Notes: generated by a model from the letters alone, not told the origin. 26,327 bases of DNA from a virus (IMGVR_UViG_3300038393_000234:1-26327), one strand, 5' to 3'; shown: positions 9,204 through 17,735, counted from the stretch's first letter. Numbers and translations are program-made.

Positions 9204-9668
9204 ATGGGCACGCAACTCGTGGCGGTCCGCGCGGGCCTGGTCGCCGCCCTGTCGGCACTCCCGGAGTTCTCCGACTTCGAGACCACCTACATCCCGGTCA
9301 AGGGCTCGAAGGCCCGGAAGCGGTGCTTCACCGACAATGGACGATTCAGCCACTCCCCGGCAGGCATGCGGGCCAACAAGATCCACCGGAACGAAGAGGG
9401 CGCCTTCGACCTGGTCCTCTATGTCGAGGGCTACGGCGAGCAGGCCGACCCGGTGACGCTGTCGAACTTCCTCTACGACGGTGCTGGAACCGCGGCCGAG
9501 GACTTCATCGCCACTCAAGCCAACTGGAACAGCGACGCTCTCGGCACGACTGGCCTCAACTGGCTGAAGGTTGGCGATGCCGAGCGCGGATTCGCTGAGG
9601 GGCCGATCGACAACGGCCTCGCCGTCTCGCTGACGTACCCGATCGCCTACCGAGCCCGACTCACCTAG
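9204..9668 (+). CDS. Putative tail terminator / neck protein
   Basis: 154 aa just upstream of the major tail gene; assignment rests mainly on synteny and size. Confidence 0.55.
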   Translation: MGTQLVAVRAGLVAALSALPEFSDFETTYIPVKGSKARKRCFTDNGRFSHSPAGMRANKIHRNEEGAFDLVLYVEGYGEQADPVTLSNFLYDGAGTAAEDFIATQANWNSDALGTTGLNWLKVGDAERGFAEGPIDNGLAVSLTYPIAYRARLT

Positions 9669-9675
9669 GAGCGAC

Positions 9676-9843
9676 ATGTGCAAGTTCAAGTACGTCGGCG
9701 AGGAGCCGGTCGACGTTCCCGCCCTCGGACTGCTCGGCGTCGAGTCGGGACAGGTGGTCGAGGTGGACAACAAGGACATCGCCGCAGGGCTGGACGGCCA
9801 GGCGCAGTGGGAGCCCGTTCGGGCCACCAAGAAGGAGAGCTGA
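9676..9843 (+). CDS. Small hypothetical protein (55 aa, not in the ORF track)
   Basis: AGGAG RBS, ATG at 9676; MCKFKYVGEEPVDVPALGLLGVESGQVVEVDNKDIAAGLDGQAQWEPVRATKKES fills the gap before the tail tube gene with typical codon usage. Confidence 0.75.
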   Translation: MCKFKYVGEEPVDVPALGLLGVESGQVVEVDNKDIAAGLDGQAQWEPVRATKKES

Positions 9844-9846
9844 CCC

Positions 9847-10809
9847 GTGGGTGCATTCGACTTCCAGTTCGGCGCGATCGACGAGGTCACGTTCGGGACC
9901 CCGCTGACCGTCACGAGGTTTTTCGAGTACAACGGCGACGCTGTCCCGTTCGCGCCGGTCGCCGGCCGCACCGAGGGCAACCCGCTGCGGGTGGGCTCGC
10001 GTGCGCGTCGTCAGGCGCGTGTGGTGCCGTACATGAAGAACGTCGAGGGCACTGTGCCGCTCGACATCATGAGCAAGGACTTCGGGTTCTGGCTCAAGCA
10101 TCTACTGCCGCACGTGGCAACGACGGGCGCTGGCCCGTACACGCACACCGCGACGGAGGGCACGTCGTCGGAGTCTGTCGGCAAGTCGTTCACCGCACAG
10201 GTGAACATGCCGTTCCACCCGGCGGGTACGAACCAGTCGCTGACGATCAGCGGCGGCAAGGTCCCGAAGTGGAAGCTGTCGTCCGCGGTCGACGAGATGG
10301 TGACCTGCGAGCTCGACATCTGGGCCGCGTCGATGACCACCGCGACCGCGCTCGCCACCGCCTCGTACACGGCGTCCCCCGCGAACTTCGCGTGGGTACA
10401 TGGTGTGGTCACGATCGGTGGCTCGTCGGTGGACCTGATCTCCTTCGACGTGGAGGTCGACCAGGGCTACAACCTGGACCGCCGCCAGATCCGCGGGAAC
10501 GCGGCGGCGAAGGAGCCGACGCCGGGGCCGCTCGAGGTGACGTGGTCGGCCGAGGCTGACTTCGACGCGCTGACCCAGTGGAACCGGGTGCACTCGACCA
10601 CGGTGTCCCCACTGTCGGCGCAGATCGTGGCGACATTCACCAACGGCGCCGACGTGCTGACGGTGACCATCCCGGGCGCCCGGTTCGACGAGTTGTCCTT
10701 CGGCGGCGACCTCGGTGGGCTGACCCAGTCGCTGGGCGGTGTCGCGGAGTACGACGGCACCAACTCGCCGATCACCCTCGCCTACACCTGCTCGCAGGCC
10801 ACCCCGTGA
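9847..10809 (+). CDS. Major tail (tube) protein
   Basis: 320 aa beta-rich protein, 'EVTFGTP' N-terminus, strong codon bias, upstream of tail chaperone and tape measure. Confidence 0.82.
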   Translation: MGAFDFQFGAIDEVTFGTPLTVTRFFEYNGDAVPFAPVAGRTEGNPLRVGSRARRQARVVPYMKNVEGTVPLDIMSKDFGFWLKHLLPHVATTGAGPYTHTATEGTSSESVGKSFTAQVNMPFHPAGTNQSLTISGGKVPKWKLSSAVDEMVTCELDIWAASMTTATALATASYTASPANFAWVHGVVTIGGSSVDLISFDVEVDQGYNLDRRQIRGNAAAKEPTPGPLEVTWSAEADFDALTQWNRVHSTTVSPLSAQIVATFTNGADVLTVTIPGARFDELSFGGDLGGLTQSLGGVAEYDGTNSPITLAYTCSQATP

Positions 10810-11009
10810 TGCGTTGGCTTCGGCGTCGCAAGGAACGTGACAGCCGCTACGACTGCCCGCACTGCGGCGGCTTCCTCGAAACCGGAATGCCGAATCCCCA
10901 TGCGGCCCGAGTGCACCTTCGCGAGTTCTGCGATGCACTCGACCCAATCGAGGCGGGTCGGCAGATCAGGGAGATCCTCCGCAAGTACGATCGCGCACAG
11001 GGTCGCTGA
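10809..11009 (+). CDS. Small putative Zn-finger protein with tape-measure-like C-terminus
   Basis: TGATG-coupled to both neighbours; 66 aa MRWLRRRKERDSRYDCPHCGG...HLREFCDALDPIEAGRQIREILRKYDRAQGR; CxxC...HxxxxC. Confidence 0.65.
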   Translation: MRWLRRRKERDSRYDCPHCGGFLETGMPNPHAARVHLREFCDALDPIEAGRQIREILRKYDRAQGR

Positions 11010-11449
11010 TGCCGCGCATCAAGGCCAGCGCCGAGCAGGGCGCGGTTCGGGTCGAGGGCCTCAACGAGCTCATCGCTCGACTCAAGGCGCTGGAGAACGG
11101 TTCCGAGGTCGCCGTGCGGTTGGCGAACAAGGAGGCGGCCACGTCGGTCGCCTCGCACGCTCAGGGTGCCGCGTCGGGGCTCGGTGGTGTCGCGGCCCAT
11201 TCGGCACCGTCGGTGAAGGCCAGTGCGGGTGTGAAGTCCGCCGGCGTGGCTCTGGGCAGCGATGCGTACCCGATGGCGCTCGGCGCGGAGTTCGGCGGTG
11301 GTCGCCGTCCGACAACCCAGCAGTTCGCGCCATGGAAGGGCCACACCGGCTACTTCCTGTGGCCGACCATCCGGCGTGACTCGGACGCCATTGACGCGAC
11401 CTACCGGGACGCGTTGGACAAGATCATCAAGGGAGTGGGGCTCGAGTGA
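11009..11449 (+). CDS. HK97 gp10-like tail completion / neck protein
   Basis: 'VRVEGLNELIARLKAL', 'GAEFGG', 'YFLWPTI' match the gp10-like pattern. Confidence 0.72.
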   Translation: MPRIKASAEQGAVRVEGLNELIARLKALENGSEVAVRLANKEAATSVASHAQGAASGLGGVAAHSAPSVKASAGVKSAGVALGSDAYPMALGAEFGGGRRPTTQQFAPWKGHTGYFLWPTIRRDSDAIDATYRDALDKIIKGVGLE

Positions 11450-11829
11450 CCGTTCAGCCGATTCGGGAGCCGCAGGACCATCGGCGGCCCGCCAAGCAGG
11501 CCCAGCGAGTGAGCGCACGCAAGCAGAAGGCGATGGACGCCGAGGCGGTCGGCATCCGCATTGACGGTGTCGACTACGTCATCAACCCCAACGACATCAC
11601 CGGCTCGGTGGAGCGGCGCATCCGGCAGACCATCGGCAAGGGGTTCGTCGAGCTTCAGATGCTCCTTCAGGAGCACCCGGGGATCGATCTGCTCGGCGAG
11701 TTCATGTGGGCAGTCCGCTACGCCAACGGTGAGCGCGATCTCGACCTGGACACGGTCCTCGACTCGGTGTCCTACGGCTCTGACGTCGAGGTGCTGACCG
11801 AGGCGCAGGAGTCCAGCCCAAAAGCCTGA
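11446..11829 (+). CDS. Tail assembly chaperone (gpG-like)
   Basis: 127 aa just upstream of the tape measure gene; ends in a slippery heptamer. Confidence 0.8.
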   Translation: MTVQPIREPQDHRRPAKQAQRVSARKQKAMDAEAVGIRIDGVDYVINPNDITGSVERRIRQTIGKGFVELQMLLQEHPGIDLLGEFMWAVRYANGERDLDLDTVLDSVSYGSDVEVLTEAQESSPKA

Positions 11830-11984
11830 GGCGGCAACTGCTCCCCACCCTGCCGCGGCTGACGCACTTCTACGGCCTGACCCCGGCCGACATCGACGAC
11901 ATGACGCCACGCGAGATCAACGAGTACCTCGAGTACCTCGCCGAGCACGACAAGGCTGAACGGGAGGCTGCACGTGGCCGGTAG
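11446..11984 (+). CDS. Tail assembly chaperone -1 frameshift product (gpGT-like)
   Basis: C CCA AAA at 11817-11823; the -1 frame stays open: PKSLRRQLLPTLPRLTHFYGLTPADIDDMTPREINEYLEYLAEHDKAEREAARGR, stop TAG at 11982-11984. Confidence 0.8.
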
Positions 11985-14061
11985 CGGGCGCCGCATCGTC
12001 GTCGAGTTCATCGGGGACGCATCTTCGCTGAAGAGCAATGCGGCGTCGGGCGAGAAGGCGCTCCAGGGGTTCTCGGGGAAGGCTCAGGCCGCTGGTCGGA
12101 TCGCCGGTAAGGCGCTGGCCGGCGGCCTTCTTCTTGCGGGCGCGGCAGCCATCTCGGCGACGAAGGCAGCGGCGGAGGACGAGGCGGCGCAGTCGCAGCT
12201 CGCTACCCAACTTCGCAACTCCACCGGTGCAACCGACGACCAGATCGCCACCGTCGAGAAGTACATCAGTTCCCTCTCCCTCGCCACCGGCGTGGCGGAT
12301 GACGAACTGCGGCCCTCGCTCGCCAAGCTCGCCACCGCGACGGGTGACGTCGGGGAGGCGATCAACCTCCAGCGGATCGCGATGGATGTGGCGGCCGGTA
12401 CGGGCAAGTCGCTGGCGCAGGTCACTGACGCGATGGTGAAGGCCCAGAACGGGTCAGTGGGTGGTCTGGGGCGGCTCGGTGTGGCGACGAAGGACGCCAC
12501 CGGTGCAACCAAGTCGTTCGCCGAGATCCAGAACGACCTGGCGACCAAGTACCAGGGCGCCGCCGCGAGGGCAGCGGACACCACCGCCGGCAAGACGAAG
12601 ATCATGACGGTCCAGTTCGGTGAGCTCCAGGAGCAGATCGGCGCCAAGTTGCTGCCGGTGATGGTGAAACTGTCCGAGGAGGGGCTGAAGGCCGTCAACT
12701 GGATCTCCCAGAACACCACTACAGTAGGTGTCCTCGTCGCAGCCCTCGGTGGGCTGCTCGCGGTGACGTGGGCGGTAGGTGTGGCCACCAAGGCGTTTTC
12801 GGCGATCCAGACCGTATGGGCAATCGCCACCAAGGCTGTGACCGCTGGACAGTGGCTGTTGAACGCCGCCTTGTCAGCGAACCCGATCGGCCTCGTGGTG
12901 ATCGCGATCGCGGCGCTCGTGGCCGGCCTGATCATCGCCTACAAGAAGTCCGAGACGTTCCGGGCGATCGTGAACGCCGCGTTCGGCGCCATCAAGGGCG
13001 TCGTGATGGACGTGGTCGGCTGGTTCGGCAGGTGGGTGCCGCAGGTCTTCTCGGCGGTCGTCGGCGCGGTCTCCGGATACGTCAACACCTACAAGGCCGT
13101 GGTCACCGCCGCCTTCCATGTCGTGCAGTCCGTGGTGAGCGCTGTCGCTGACTTCGTGGTCGGGAGCGCGAAAAAGTATGGGCAGTTCGTCTCCGCTGTA
13201 GTGGACAAGGTCGGCGAGGTCGTCTCGTTCTTCAAGCAGTTGCCGGGGAAGATCAAGGGCTTCCTCGAGGGCCTTCCCGGCGAACTACAGACCATCGGCG
13301 TCAACATAATTATGGGACTGGTCCACGGTCTGGAGTCTGTTGGGCACAAGGTCACCGACTACGTGACATCGCTAATCAACAAGATCCCGAAGAAGATCCG
13401 GGAGCTGATGGGGATCTCCTCGCCGTCGAAGGTGACGAAGGAGCTCGGGGGCTACATCGGTGACGGTCTCGCCGATGGGATCGCCGCCAAACAGGACAAG
13501 GTCGACTCCGCAGCGAAGAAGCTGATCGACAAGCTGAAGGACCGGCTCTCGACGCTGAAGGATGCGTTCAAGTCGCTGAAGGAGTCGGTGGCGGGCGCGT
13601 TCACCGGCGACATCTTCCAGGCTGAGTCGGCGTCGGGGTTCGTGGCGAACCTGACCGCGAAGAAGGGGCAGCTTGCGCAGCTCTCGTCGGCGTTCAAGAC
13701 ACTGCTCGGCTGGGGTTGGAAGCCGAAGGCGCTGGCGGCGTTGTTCCAGTCCGGGAATGCCGGCCTGATCCTCGACTTGGCGGGGAACAAGGACCTGGCA
13801 ACGCAGGGTGCGGGGCTCTACAACGACGTCACCGGCATGTCTGAGGCGCTGGGTGGGCAGGTCGCAGGCGGCATGTATGGCGACCAGATCGACAAGCTCC
13901 AGAGCCAGATCAAGGGCCAGGGCGGCAACGCTCGAACGGTGAACGTGACCGTGAACATGGGTGTAGTGACAGACCCGGTCGCTGCGGCGCGCGAGGTTGT
14001 GAAGGCGGTTAGGAAGCTCGAGCGCGCGGATGGCCGGCAGTTGCTGTACAGCCCCTCCTAG
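11974..14061 (+). CDS. Tape measure protein
   Basis: 695 aa Ala/Gly-rich helical protein; 'ANPIGLVVIAIAALVAG...YKKSETFR', 'GISSPSKV...GGYIGDGLADGI'. Confidence 0.93.
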   Translation: MAGSGRRIVVEFIGDASSLKSNAASGEKALQGFSGKAQAAGRIAGKALAGGLLLAGAAAISATKAAAEDEAAQSQLATQLRNSTGATDDQIATVEKYISSLSLATGVADDELRPSLAKLATATGDVGEAINLQRIAMDVAAGTGKSLAQVTDAMVKAQNGSVGGLGRLGVATKDATGATKSFAEIQNDLATKYQGAAARAADTTAGKTKIMTVQFGELQEQIGAKLLPVMVKLSEEGLKAVNWISQNTTTVGVLVAALGGLLAVTWAVGVATKAFSAIQTVWAIATKAVTAGQWLLNAALSANPIGLVVIAIAALVAGLIIAYKKSETFRAIVNAAFGAIKGVVMDVVGWFGRWVPQVFSAVVGAVSGYVNTYKAVVTAAFHVVQSVVSAVADFVVGSAKKYGQFVSAVVDKVGEVVSFFKQLPGKIKGFLEGLPGELQTIGVNIIMGLVHGLESVGHKVTDYVTSLINKIPKKIRELMGISSPSKVTKELGGYIGDGLADGIAAKQDKVDSAAKKLIDKLKDRLSTLKDAFKSLKESVAGAFTGDIFQAESASGFVANLTAKKGQLAQLSSAFKTLLGWGWKPKALAALFQSGNAGLILDLAGNKDLATQGAGLYNDVTGMSEALGGQVAGGMYGDQIDKLQSQIKGQGGNARTVNVTVNMGVVTDPVAAAREVVKAVRKLERADGRQLLYSPS

Positions 14062-14219
14062 ATCTTGAAGCGCAGACCCTTCCCGAGTCGGACGCTCGTC
14101 TTGCCGCGGCTGTTGACCGAGGTCGGCCCCGCCTTGCGCGAGACCGAGACCCCGCTCTTCGAGACGTTGGCGGTCGTGTCCTTCCCGACCTTCTTGCGCT
14201 TACTGAAGATGAACCCCAT
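14058..14219 (-). CDS. Small basic protein, DUF4236-like (53 aa, not in the ORF track)
   Basis: MGFIFSKRKKVGKDTTANVSKSGVSVSRKAGPTSVNSRGKTSVRLGKGLRFKI; the 'MGF..rK...N.SKSG.S.S' pattern recalls DUF4236; stop overlaps the tape measure stop in CTAG. Confidence 0.72.
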   Translation of the reverse strand: MGFIFSKRKKVGKDTTANVSKSGVSVSRKAGPTSVNSRGKTSVRLGKGLRFKI

Positions 14220-14225
14220 GTGCGG

Positions 14226-14231
14226 AGGCTA
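14226..14231 (-). promoter_or_regulatory. -10 element (TAGCCT) of a probable leaderless promoter
   Basis: TANNNT 6 nt upstream of the ATG at 14219; no Shine-Dalgarno. Confidence 0.55.
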
Positions 14232-14286
14232 GGCCCTCGCCGTCCGCCCGTACATAGCTCGAACGGTCTAGGAAAGGCGGGCTGTG

Positions 14287-14739
14287 ATGGCGCTGCTGGC
14301 TGGCACCCTGTACGACCCCGCCGCGGCGGTCAGCAAGTCCACGACGGCGCTGCTGGCGATGACGGCGATCGACACCACCAACCTGCGGCTCACCTTCGGG
14401 GTGCCGGTGACGGGCAAAGTCCTGGTCCGCTTGCGGGGCACGCTGCACGGCGCGACGACGTTCCCGCAGATCACGCTCGGCGTGCTTGAGGGCTCCACAG
14501 TCAAGGGCCGGGTCACCCCTGCCGGACTGGTGAACGGCAACCTCGCGGCCACCACGTTCCTGACCGTCGAGGCGCTGTTCCCTGTGACTGGGCTGACCCC
14601 GTCGGCTACGCTGGTCTGGGATGCGGCCTACGGGGTTGAGACCGTGGTGGCATCGACTGGTCTGAAATACGGCGGACCTAACGACACCACGGGTGACAAT
14701 GCTTTCGGAGGGTTCGTCTTCGAGATCTGGGCGGCCTGA
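14287..14739 (+). CDS. Hypothetical, probable minor tail protein
   Basis: 150 aa beta-rich, Thr/Gly-rich; abuts the tail-tip gene. Confidence 0.6.
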   Translation: MALLAGTLYDPAAAVSKSTTALLAMTAIDTTNLRLTFGVPVTGKVLVRLRGTLHGATTFPQITLGVLEGSTVKGRVTPAGLVNGNLAATTFLTVEALFPVTGLTPSATLVWDAAYGVETVVASTGLKYGGPNDTTGDNAFGGFVFEIWAA

Positions 14740-16674
14740 GTGTCCACTCTGGTCACGATCCTCGCGGCGGGCGAGCCAGCGCAACCATCGGCGCCGAGCC
14801 AGTACATGGCCAGCGCCCGCGTGGAAATCGCATTCAACGCAGGACAGCGCACAGCAGCGACGCTGCGCACCTGGACCGACGTCACTGACTATGTCGAGCT
14901 CGCCGAGGGCATCACGATCACGTGGGGCCGGCAGGACGAACGGTCGACCGCGGACGCCAACCAACTGACGCTGACCCTGGACAACTCCGACGGCCGGTTC
15001 ACGTTCGGTAAGACCTCGGGTCCCTACGGGTCGGGCGTGAAGCTTGATCGCCCGATCCGGGTGATCCTCACCCCGGTCGACGGCACCGAGGCGGTCTACT
15101 TCCTCGGGTTCGTCAATGAGTGGCCGACGGAGTGGAACGGCACCGACGCCTACGCCAAGTGCACGATCACCGCGTCGTCGCGGCTCTCGCGGCTGGGCAT
15201 GCAGGCAACCATCCGGTCGCTCGTGGAGACCGAGATTCTCGCCGACGATCCGATCGCCTATTACACGATGGGCGAGCCCGAGAGCGCCACGCAGGCCAAT
15301 GACTCATCGGGCAGGAACGCCCTGCCTATGAAGCCGCGCGGCTCCGGTGCCCCCGTGGTATTCGGGTCGGCGACCGGCCCAGCCACGGATGGCCTGACGG
15401 CGGTGCAGATCTCCAGTGGCGGCGAGTTTCTATTCGGGTCGTCAATGGCGCCCACGGCGACAAGCCTGACCCTGGAGACAGCGTTCCTCGTGCAGACGCC
15501 ACCGACAGGCACCGCGGCCACCTTGGGTGTCGTGGCGGGATTGGTCGCAGATCAGGCGGTCAGCGGCTTCATGATCGCCATGAACATCAGCGGTGCTCTG
15601 ACTGTGGTGGACGCCGCACTGAACGTCATCGTCAGCGCAACGGCAGGCACATATGCCGACAATGCGACGCACGGCGCAGTGGTGACAATCTCGGGCACGA
15701 CCTACACCCTGTACGTGGATGGCGCCTCGGCGGGGACTGGAACCGGCCCGGCGATATCCACATCCAACACCTACTCCATGTATCTGGGCGCATACACCGA
15801 CGGGTCTTCGCCCTTGGCGGTCACGCTTGCGCACACGGCTGTGTTCAACTCGGCGCTGAGTAGTGCGCGGGTTGCCGCACATTGGGGCGCCATGACCACG
15901 GGCTACGCGGGAGAGACCACCTCTGTCCGTCTGATCCGCTACGCAAGCTATGCAGGCATCCCGTCCTCCGAGGTTTCTGCGGAGACCGGGCAGGCGACGA
16001 TGGTTCACATCGACACCACCGACAAACAGGTCGTGGAGCTGATGCGGATCTGCGAGACCACCGAGGGCGGCGTCCTCCACGACGGACGCGACGGGACGCT
16101 GATGTTTCACAACCGCGCCCGCCGCTACGTCGTGTCCTCCTCGTTCACGCTGAACATGGCCGAGCAGGAGGTCGAGGCGGACTACCTGCCGAAGGCAGAC
16201 CGCACTGGGCTGGCCAACAACGTCACTGTCCAGAACTCCGCGAACACGGTGACCGCTCACCGGTTCGACACGACCAGTCAGAACGACTACGGGGTGGCGA
16301 CTCTCTCGATCGAGACGGCCGGCGAGGACGACGACGCACCCGCCAATCAGGCGGGCTGGAACCTGTACAAGTACAAGGACCCGAAGGAGCGTGTCCCCTC
16401 GCTGACGGTCGACGCGCTCGCCCAGGTCGGCAAGACCCCGAACTGCGCGGCCGTGCTGGCCGCCACAGTGGGCGACAAGATCACGGTCTCGAACCGGCCC
16501 TCGCAGGCGGCGACCTCGAGTGTGGACTACTTCATCGAGGGCGGCACCATCCAGATAGGTCCGGAGTCGCTGCGGGTCACGTGGAACCTGTCGCCGAGCT
16601 CACCCGAGGATCAGGTACTGGTGATCGGCGATGCGACCCGCGGCGTGATCGGAACCAACCCGGTCGCGTTCTGA
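14740..16674 (+). CDS. Minor tail (tail-tip) protein with central LamG/concanavalin-A-like domain
   Basis: N-terminal 'WTDVTDYV...ITITWGRQDE...LTLTLDNSDGRFT'; LamG-like 'PIAYYTMGE', 'TLYVDG', 'AVFNSALS'; hub-like 'ETTEGGVLHDGRDGTLMF'. Confidence 0.82.
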   Translation: MSTLVTILAAGEPAQPSAPSQYMASARVEIAFNAGQRTAATLRTWTDVTDYVELAEGITITWGRQDERSTADANQLTLTLDNSDGRFTFGKTSGPYGSGVKLDRPIRVILTPVDGTEAVYFLGFVNEWPTEWNGTDAYAKCTITASSRLSRLGMQATIRSLVETEILADDPIAYYTMGEPESATQANDSSGRNALPMKPRGSGAPVVFGSATGPATDGLTAVQISSGGEFLFGSSMAPTATSLTLETAFLVQTPPTGTAATLGVVAGLVADQAVSGFMIAMNISGALTVVDAALNVIVSATAGTYADNATHGAVVTISGTTYTLYVDGASAGTGTGPAISTSNTYSMYLGAYTDGSSPLAVTLAHTAVFNSALSSARVAAHWGAMTTGYAGETTSVRLIRYASYAGIPSSEVSAETGQATMVHIDTTDKQVVELMRICETTEGGVLHDGRDGTLMFHNRARRYVVSSSFTLNMAEQEVEADYLPKADRTGLANNVTVQNSANTVTAHRFDTTSQNDYGVATLSIETAGEDDDAPANQAGWNLYKYKDPKERVPSLTVDALAQVGKTPNCAAVLAATVGDKITVSNRPSQAATSSVDYFIEGGTIQIGPESLRVTWNLSPSSPEDQVLVIGDATRGVIGTNPVAF

Positions 16675-16931
16675 GACAACGGGGCCGCCCTCAGCGCATG
16701 CGCTGGCCGAGAGCGGCCCCTGGCACCGGATCGGACCTGGGGGGCAAACCCCTCCCCAGAACGGCGCTGGTTCGCAAGCGTAGAGCTGTGACCCGACCTA
16801 GGCCAGTAGTCCGTTTGGGTCATGTGCTGTCGGTGGCTCGGAGTACACTGCTGATGACAAGACGGCCCCGTCGCAGCCGTTAAGGGGCGGCGACAGGGCC
16901 TTGGCAATCAGCTACTAGGAGCCGATCACCC

Positions 16932-17201
16932 ATGAAGAATCTAATGCATCAGTTCGCCGCCGCGGCGGTCATGATAGCAGCCGTCTCCTTCGCGTCTCTC
17001 GCCCCCAGTGGACCGAGTTACGCCGACACGGCAGCCGCCGACTGCACCGCAGCCCAGCCGTGCCCCCCTCCGCCCGACTGCACCGCAGCCAATTCGTGTC
17101 CTCCGCCGCCGGACTGCACCGCAGCCCACCCGTGTGTCACTACCACCTCGCAGACGCCGACGCAGGCGGAGCATCACAAGCGCCACCACCATCGCCGCTG
17201 A
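16932..17201 (+). CDS. Secreted Cys/Pro-repeat peptide with His-rich tail (moron)
   Basis: AGGAG RBS; signal-peptide-like N-terminus ending SYA|D; 3 x DCTAAxxC(PPPP); C-terminal EHHKRHHHRR. Confidence 0.72.
   Translation: MKNLMHQFAAAAVMIAAVSFASLAPSGPSYADTAAADCTAAQPCPPPPDCTAANSCPPPPDCTAAHPCVTTTSQTPTQAEHHKRHHHRR
17040..17135 (+). repeat. 36-bp-period coding tandem repeat
   Basis: GACTGCACCGCAGCC occurs at 17040, 17076 and 17112. Confidence 0.9.
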
Positions 17202-17218
17202 GCCCGACCAGCCTGACC

Positions 17219-17249
17219 CGAAGCCCCCGCCGCATCGACGGGGGCTTCG
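17219..17249 (+). terminator. Stem-loop downstream of the secreted-peptide gene
   Basis: 11-bp inverted repeat CGAAGCCCCCG / CGGGGGCTTCG. Confidence 0.7.
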
Positions 17250-17282
17250 TCATGTCCCGGCCCCACCCCATCGGAGGCGTGA

Positions 17283-17735
17283 GTGACCACCTTCACCGGC
17301 ACCATCCCGACCATCGCGTCAGGTGACACCACCACGGTCCCGACGAACCTCGCCACCTACCGCGACGCTCTCAAGGCGCTCACCGAGGCCGAGTCGACGT
17401 GGTCACCGACCATCACCGCCGAGACGGGCACGTTCACCTCCGTCGCCGCGTCGAACTGCCGCTACCTCCAAGCCAACAAGCTGGTGATCTGGACCGCGAC
17501 CATCACCATCACCACCGCCGGCACCGCTGCGGGCGCGATCCGGATGCCGCTGCCCGTCACCGCGCAGTCCGGGTGGATCTACCTCGGCAACGGCAGGGAG
17601 ACGACCGCGACAGGTTCGATGCTCCAGGCGTTCCAGTTCTCCTCGACGGTGGCCAGCATCGTGCGGTACGACAACGCCACCATCATCGCGAGCGGTCGGG
17701 CGCTGACCGTCATGGGCCACTACGAGGCGGCCTGA
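17283..17735 (+). CDS. Minor tail / tail-fibre (receptor-binding-type) protein
   Basis: GGAGG RBS; 150 aa with 'WSPTIT', 'RY..ANKLV', 'MPLPVTA', C-terminal 'GHYEAA', a beta-sandwich head pattern of short tail fibres. Confidence 0.65.
   Translation: MTTFTGTIPTIASGDTTTVPTNLATYRDALKALTEAESTWSPTITAETGTFTSVAASNCRYLQANKLVIWTATITITTAGTAAGAIRMPLPVTAQSGWIYLGNGRETTATGSMLQAFQFSSTVASIVRYDNATIIASGRALTVMGHYEAA

Noticed and set aside
16611-16907. 98-aa minus-strand ORF in the gap after the tail-tip gene
   Set aside because: Arg/Pro/Ser-rich composition typical of non-coding high-GC frames, overlaps the tail gene end, no clear RBS.
17040-17135. Three 15-bp direct repeats with short spacers resembling a mini-CRISPR array
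   Set aside because: The period is exactly 36 bp and in frame, the 'spacers' are similar to each other and encode CPPPP, and no cas genes are present; it is a coding repeat.
17283-17735. Possible diversity-generating retroelement target
   Set aside because: No reverse transcriptase and no template/variable repeat pair seen in this window.
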